A DNA stretch of 64,000 bases from Escherichia phage vB_EcoM_ESCO49. Where the stretch lies: sequence record OM386663.1, one strand, 5' to 3'. Positions 62,446 through 64,000 of this stretch are shown in pieces; within the stretch, counting starts at the first letter, position 1, and each line of letters begins with the position of its first letter. Under the pieces are notes generated by a model. That model saw only the letters and a list, made by a program, of their open reading frames with translations. It had not been told where the DNA came from and made no database searches. The translations under genes and the position numbers were made by a program.

Positions 62446-63345
62446 ATGTCACAAGCTGATTTGAGTTATAAAAATATCCTGAACCATGTTTTATCAGTCG
62501 GTGAACTGCGTACTACACGAACTGGAGATGTTATCTCTGCATTTGCTCCACCACAATTTCGTTTTGATATGAGAACTGGTTTCCCACTCTTAACATCTAA
62601 ACAGGTGTTTACACGGCAAGTTATTGGGGAAGCTTTATGGTTCCTGAATGGTGAGAATAAGCTTGGTGAACTCCGTTATCGTACTTGGGGTGAAAATGAT
62701 GGGGAACGCTGGACTATCTGGTCAGATGATTTTAAACGTTGGTTAAGCTCTAACTATTCTTCTGAACAAGACTGGTTAGAAGATGCAGGTGGTAGAATCT
62801 ACGGGGTTCAGTGGAGAAACTTTGAAGGTCATAATGGTTGTGTTGTAGACCAGTTAGAGACCTTAGTAACGAAGATGAAGGGTGATATCACAGACCGTTA
62901 CATGCTTGTTAATGCTTGGAATGCAGCAGACATTGCAGCCAACTCGATGGCTTTAGCACCTTGTCATGTTCTGTTTCAGATTTATATCACTAACGAAGGT
63001 GAAGTTGACTTACAATGGTATCAACGCTCTGTAGACACCTTTTTAGGACTTCCGTTTAACATTGCATCTTATGGTTTTATTCTGGAAGTTCTTTGCAAGA
63101 TGACTGGATACACTCCACGGTACTTGATAGGTGTCTTTGGAGATACTCAGATTTATCAGAACCATATGAAGCAGGTTTATGAACTGATGAACAATGAAGA
63201 GTTTCATGCACCTACTTTTGAGATTGGTGTGCAGCTTAATACTCTAAGTGATTTAAAACATCTTACTGCAAGTGATTTTATTGGTGGCATTAACAACTAC
63301 CAACATGCAGGAAAGATTGAAGCACCTTTGTCAGTAGGTAAGTAA
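62446..63345 (+). CDS. thyA: thymidylate synthase (ThyA type)
   Basis: 299 aa; conserved active-site region LAPCH and folate-binding regions. Confidence 0.8.
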   Translation: MSQADLSYKNILNHVLSVGELRTTRTGDVISAFAPPQFRFDMRTGFPLLTSKQVFTRQVIGEALWFLNGENKLGELRYRTWGENDGERWTIWSDDFKRWLSSNYSSEQDWLEDAGGRIYGVQWRNFEGHNGCVVDQLETLVTKMKGDITDRYMLVNAWNAADIAANSMALAPCHVLFQIYITNEGEVDLQWYQRSVDTFLGLPFNIASYGFILEVLCKMTGYTPRYLIGVFGDTQIYQNHMKQVYELMNNEEFHAPTFEIGVQLNTLSDLKHLTASDFIGGINNYQHAGKIEAPLSVGK

Positions 63346-63349
63346 AACA

Positions 63350-63380
63350 AAAAAGGCTCCCGTAAAAAGGAGCCTTAAAA
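63350..63380. terminator. bidirectional rho-independent terminator
   Basis: Hairpin AGGCTCC-CGTAAAA-GGAGCCT flanked by A-run and T-run, between convergent genes. Confidence 0.55.
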
Positions 63381-63388
63381 TTTTATTT

Positions 63389-63754
63389 TCAGTGTTCTTC
63401 TGTATTCTTCTCAGTAATAGCTTGGAGGGCTGATACTGATTGAGCCAGATTATTCACACTGTCAGAGAATTTATCAAGAGTTTTGGTAAGTTTTGCGTTT
63501 TCACCCTTAACATTCTCTAACTGAACTTTCTGGTTCTCCATCCCTAACTGAAGCAGTCTCATGTCAGACTGTAAATCACGAATAGCTGAATAGTTACTAC
63601 TTGTGTAATTATCCAACTGTTGTAACTTTGTTTTGACAGACACCTCTTGTTTACCACTTGACACTTGCATGGTGGTATACATTCCGATAACACTAAAAAT
63701 ACCAACTACAATTGCACCAATATTGTTTTTAAAAGCTTCCTCTAGCCACTTCAT
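63389..63754 (-). CDS. membrane-anchored coiled-coil protein
   Basis: 121 aa; N-terminal transmembrane helix IGAIVVGIFSVIGMY then heptad-rich region. Confidence 0.45.
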   Translation of the reverse strand: MKWLEEAFKNNIGAIVVGIFSVIGMYTTMQVSSGKQEVSVKTKLQQLDNYTSSNYSAIRDLQSDMRLLQLGMENQKVQLENVKGENAKLTKTLDKFSDSVNNLAQSVSALQAITEKNTEEH

Positions 63755-63949
63755 TTATTTCTCCCCCTTAAAAGCTTTTTCTAAGTTGTCTACGAACTCA
63801 TCATCAATAGGTGTGTCTGTTTTACTCGCAAGATATCTTGCAAGCTTAAAGAACACTTTCTCAATCATGTATTCACTTAGAAGGGATAAAATGAGTTTCC
63901 AGAAGAAACTACCTAGATTTTTTAGAAGAATTGCTAGGATTGTAGGCAT
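63755..63949 (-). CDS. small membrane protein (holin-like topology)
   Basis: 64 aa; hydrophobic N-terminal half and charged C-terminus. Confidence 0.35.
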   Translation of the reverse strand: MPTILAILLKNLGSFFWKLILSLLSEYMIEKVFFKLARYLASKTDTPIDDEFVDNLEKAFKGEK

Positions 63950-64000
63950 TTAATCACCTCATCAGCCAAGATGGTGAGAATACCCATAAAGAATATTAAC

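Noticed and set aside
1-64000. Integrase, transposase or other mobile-element boundaries
   Set aside because: No recombinase-like ORF, attachment-site repeats next to tRNAs, or IS-like terminal inverted repeats were seen; the content is consistent with a lytic phage.

Overview
This window reads as a 64-kb segment of a virulent tailed-phage genome (about 40% GC, no integrase or host housekeeping genes). Left to right: the start of a probable portal gene and the terminase large subunit (minus strand); a cluster of about 21 minus-strand tRNA genes with embedded small ORFs and tRNA-free structured spacers; a vWA/MIDAS protein; a plus-strand block (9.1-16.8 kb) containing a triple Ig-like-repeat protein and a GH24 lysozyme; a 1.7-kb ORF-free region packed with short TAACAAG-type repeats; an array of about 12 small minus-strand genes, each behind one of two repeated promoter/5'UTR-hairpin cassettes; then a long minus-strand early region with a TARG1/DarG-type macro-domain protein, an overlapping spanin pair, a HAD phosphatase, a secreted transglycosylase, rIIB/rIIA, a Prs-like plus NAMPT-like pair, four tandem paralogous winged-helix-like proteins, anaerobic and aerobic ribonucleotide reductases with glutaredoxin, GIY-YIG and HNH nucleases, a FEN-type exonuclease, an acidic-tail SSB, a T7 gp4-like primase-helicase and a dNMP kinase; and finally a plus-strand block with family A DNA polymerase, ATP-dependent ligase, an HTH regulator, DHFR and thymidylate synthase. 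All calls are from reading the sequence and ORF translations by eye; no database search or structure prediction was run, and tRNA anticodons are hand-folded. The strongest candidates for something new are the Prs-like/NAMPT-like pair (NARP1-like NAD+ reconstitution layout) with its adjacent four-paralogue array, the macro-domain protein, the cassette-driven small-gene array, and the repeat-dense non-coding region.
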